Origin: Candidatus Latescibacterota bacterium
GTDB lineage: Bacteria; Latescibacterota; UBA2968
Assembly: GCA_965207885.1 (NCBI GenBank)
Contig: OZ242311.1
Location: 1,024,001-1,088,000 of the forward strand
DNA: 64,000 bases
Reading direction: 5' to 3'
Below, one piece after another: positions 62,478 through 64,000 of this stretch. Position 1 is the first letter of the stretch. Each line of letters starts with the position of its first letter. Both the position numbers and the translations under genes were made by a program. A model generated the notes under the pieces. The model saw only the letters and a program-made list of their open reading frames with translations. It was not told where the DNA came from and did no database searches.

Positions 62478-64000
62478 ATGGCACGCGCTCAACCTTCAGA
62501 GGATGTATCAGAACAAAAACGGCCGGTTATTACTGTGCGGGCAGTTGTATTGGGCGTGGCTACGGGTGTTTTGCTCAATACTTATACCAATTACACGGGG
62601 ATGGTGCTCGTCAATAGCGCGCTGGTTAAGTCGCAACTCCCGATGTCTGTGTTGCTGCCTTTTGTGGGATGGATTGGCGTCAATCTCGTTCTCAGATTTT
62701 TTTGGCCCCGCATTGCCCTTTCCAGTTCTGAACTCGTCTTGATTTACAGTATGTCGTGGATTGTGGGGACGATTCCCGTTGCGGGATGGGCCACGTACTG
62801 GGGCGGTATTGTCAGTTCTCCGACTTATTATGCCTCGCCGGAAAATCGATGGGAGGAGTTTCTTTTTGATGTTATGCCCTGGTGGGTATTGCCCCAGGCG
62901 TCGCAGGGGTCCATAACGACCTTTTACGAGGGCCTGCCGCCAGGAGAGAGCATTCCGTGGGGCAGTTGGGTAGGCACACTTTGCTGGTGGTTCAGCTTGT
63001 CTATCGCGCTTGTGGTGGCCGCGCTTTGTGTTTCGGTTATTTTTCAGAGGCAGTGGGAAGATGCCGAAAAGCTGACGTTTCCTCTGGTGACTTTCCCAGT
63101 CGCGCTGACAGAGGGTTTTGATGGTAAGGAGCGCATTCCCGCCATTTTTAAAGGCGGTATCTTCTGGGCGGGCGTTCTGGTTGTGTTGCTGGTTTATGTC
63201 TATAATATCATCACGTATTTTGCGCCCAATTTGCCCCATATGGGGATTTACGATTCGGTTCGTATCGCGAATAAGGATGTTATTATTGCAGAACATTTCC
63301 CGCCTTTGAGGCTGCGCATTATGCCGCCCGTTATTGGGCTGACCTATTTGTGCAATCTCGATATTCTTCTTTCTTTTTGGGCATTTCGCCTTTTTGCGAT
63401 TTTGAAAGAGGGATTTATCAATCGCGTTGGATATACGGTGGGCTATACGGGTCAGCAGGCAGATGCGTATGAGATTTTGCTTTTGGAATCCCACGGGGCT
63501 TTTGTTTTTCTTGCGCTGTGGTCGGTGTGGATTGCTCGGGGGCATTTGCGCAGGGTGTTTCAGGCGGCAATAGAGGGCTGTCGATCTCCCAAGGATGATG
63601 GTCTTATTCCCTACCGGTTCGCGCTTGTGGGGTTGGGACTTTCTACGGTTTTTGTCGTGGGGTTTGTCACGTATATGGGGCTTTCGTTGCCCCTTGCGAT
63701 TCTTCAGGTGGTGCTTCTCTATATTGCCTATTTTACGATTGCGAAATACACGGCGGCGAGTGGGTTCTCCTATTTGTTTCCGGTGGCGGTTCGGGGTGGA
63801 CGTATTATTGAGAGTTTGATTGGCTATTCGACGTTTACGCGCCGGGAGGTCGTTGGTCTGGGTCTTGTCAATTCCAATATGTTTTTTGGGAATTACCGCA
63901 TTCCAGTCTGGCCCTCGCTGCCCCACCATCTCAAGCTTTTTTCGTCCGAGGAGAGACGGAAGCGGGTTGTGTGGACGATTTTTCTGGCTTTTTCGACGTG
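62478..64000 (+). CDS. Large polytopic membrane protein (DUF6785-like putative transporter), runs off the window
   Basis: Open frame MARAQPSEDV...ITVRAVVLG...SSSELVLIYSM...QWEDAEKLTFPL; absent from the ORF track, apparently because it has no stop within the window. Confidence 0.7.
   Translation, partial: MARAQPSEDVSEQKRPVITVRAVVLGVATGVLLNTYTNYTGMVLVNSALVKSQLPMSVLLPFVGWIGVNLVLRFFWPRIALSSSELVLIYSMSWIVGTIPVAGWATYWGGIVSSPTYYASPENRWEEFLFDVMPWWVLPQASQGSITTFYEGLPPGESIPWGSWVGTLCWWFSLSIALVVAALCVSVIFQRQWEDAEKLTFPLVTFPVALTEGFDGKERIPAIFKGGIFWAGVLVVLLVYVYNIITYFAPNLPHMGIYDSVRIANKDVIIAEHFPPLRLRIMPPVIGLTYLCNLDILLSFWAFRLFAILKEGFINRVGYTVGYTGQQADAYEILLLESHGAFVFLALWSVWIARGHLRRVFQAAIEGCRSPKDDGLIPYRFALVGLGLSTVFVVGFVTYMGLSLPLAILQVVLLYIAYFTIAKYTAASGFSYLFPVAVRGGRIIESLIGYSTFTRREVVGLGLVNSNMFFGNYRIPVWPSLPHHLKLFSSEERRKRVVWTIFLAFST

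Noticed and set aside
62508-63929. 473-aa minus-strand ORF
   Set aside because: It is the antisense shadow of the plus-strand membrane protein starting at 62478 and has no recognisable motifs.

Overview
This is a bacterial chromosomal window, mostly housekeeping and heterotrophic catabolism: rlmN 3' end, murA, a CCA-adding enzyme, an oligopeptide ABC operon, monomeric icd, pckA, proA, mmsA/iolA, two sulfatases, Gfo/Idh/MocA and TIM-barrel sugar enzymes, a LarA-family protein and haloacid dehalogenases. The gene content is reminiscent of uncultured Latescibacterota/Gemmatimonadota-like lineages (inference only). The standout is a visibly AT-richer ~12 kb island (~18.1-30.3 kb) that looks like a peptide/protein maturation and export system. 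It encodes a pseudo-receiver AraC regulator, HlyD plus a peptidase-less ABC exporter, a 158-aa Cys-free precursor whose 20-aa leader ends in VEAY (like clostridial CLI_3235-type precursors), and a CPBP/Abi protease. It also carries a GT2-like glycosyltransferase, two BtrH-like putative acyltransferases (one broken by a 17-bp tandem duplication), an S8 protease fused to a DUF1611/TIGR04066-like domain and an ACP, but no radical SAM enzyme. Other accessory items are two toxin-antitoxin pairs, a DUF488 two-gene module, a BpsA-like/DUF2156 pair, a Cys-to-Asp MurA, and several small intergenic repeat families. No rRNA, tRNA, CRISPR array or transposase was recognised. All family assignments come from motif recognition by eye, not from database searches.
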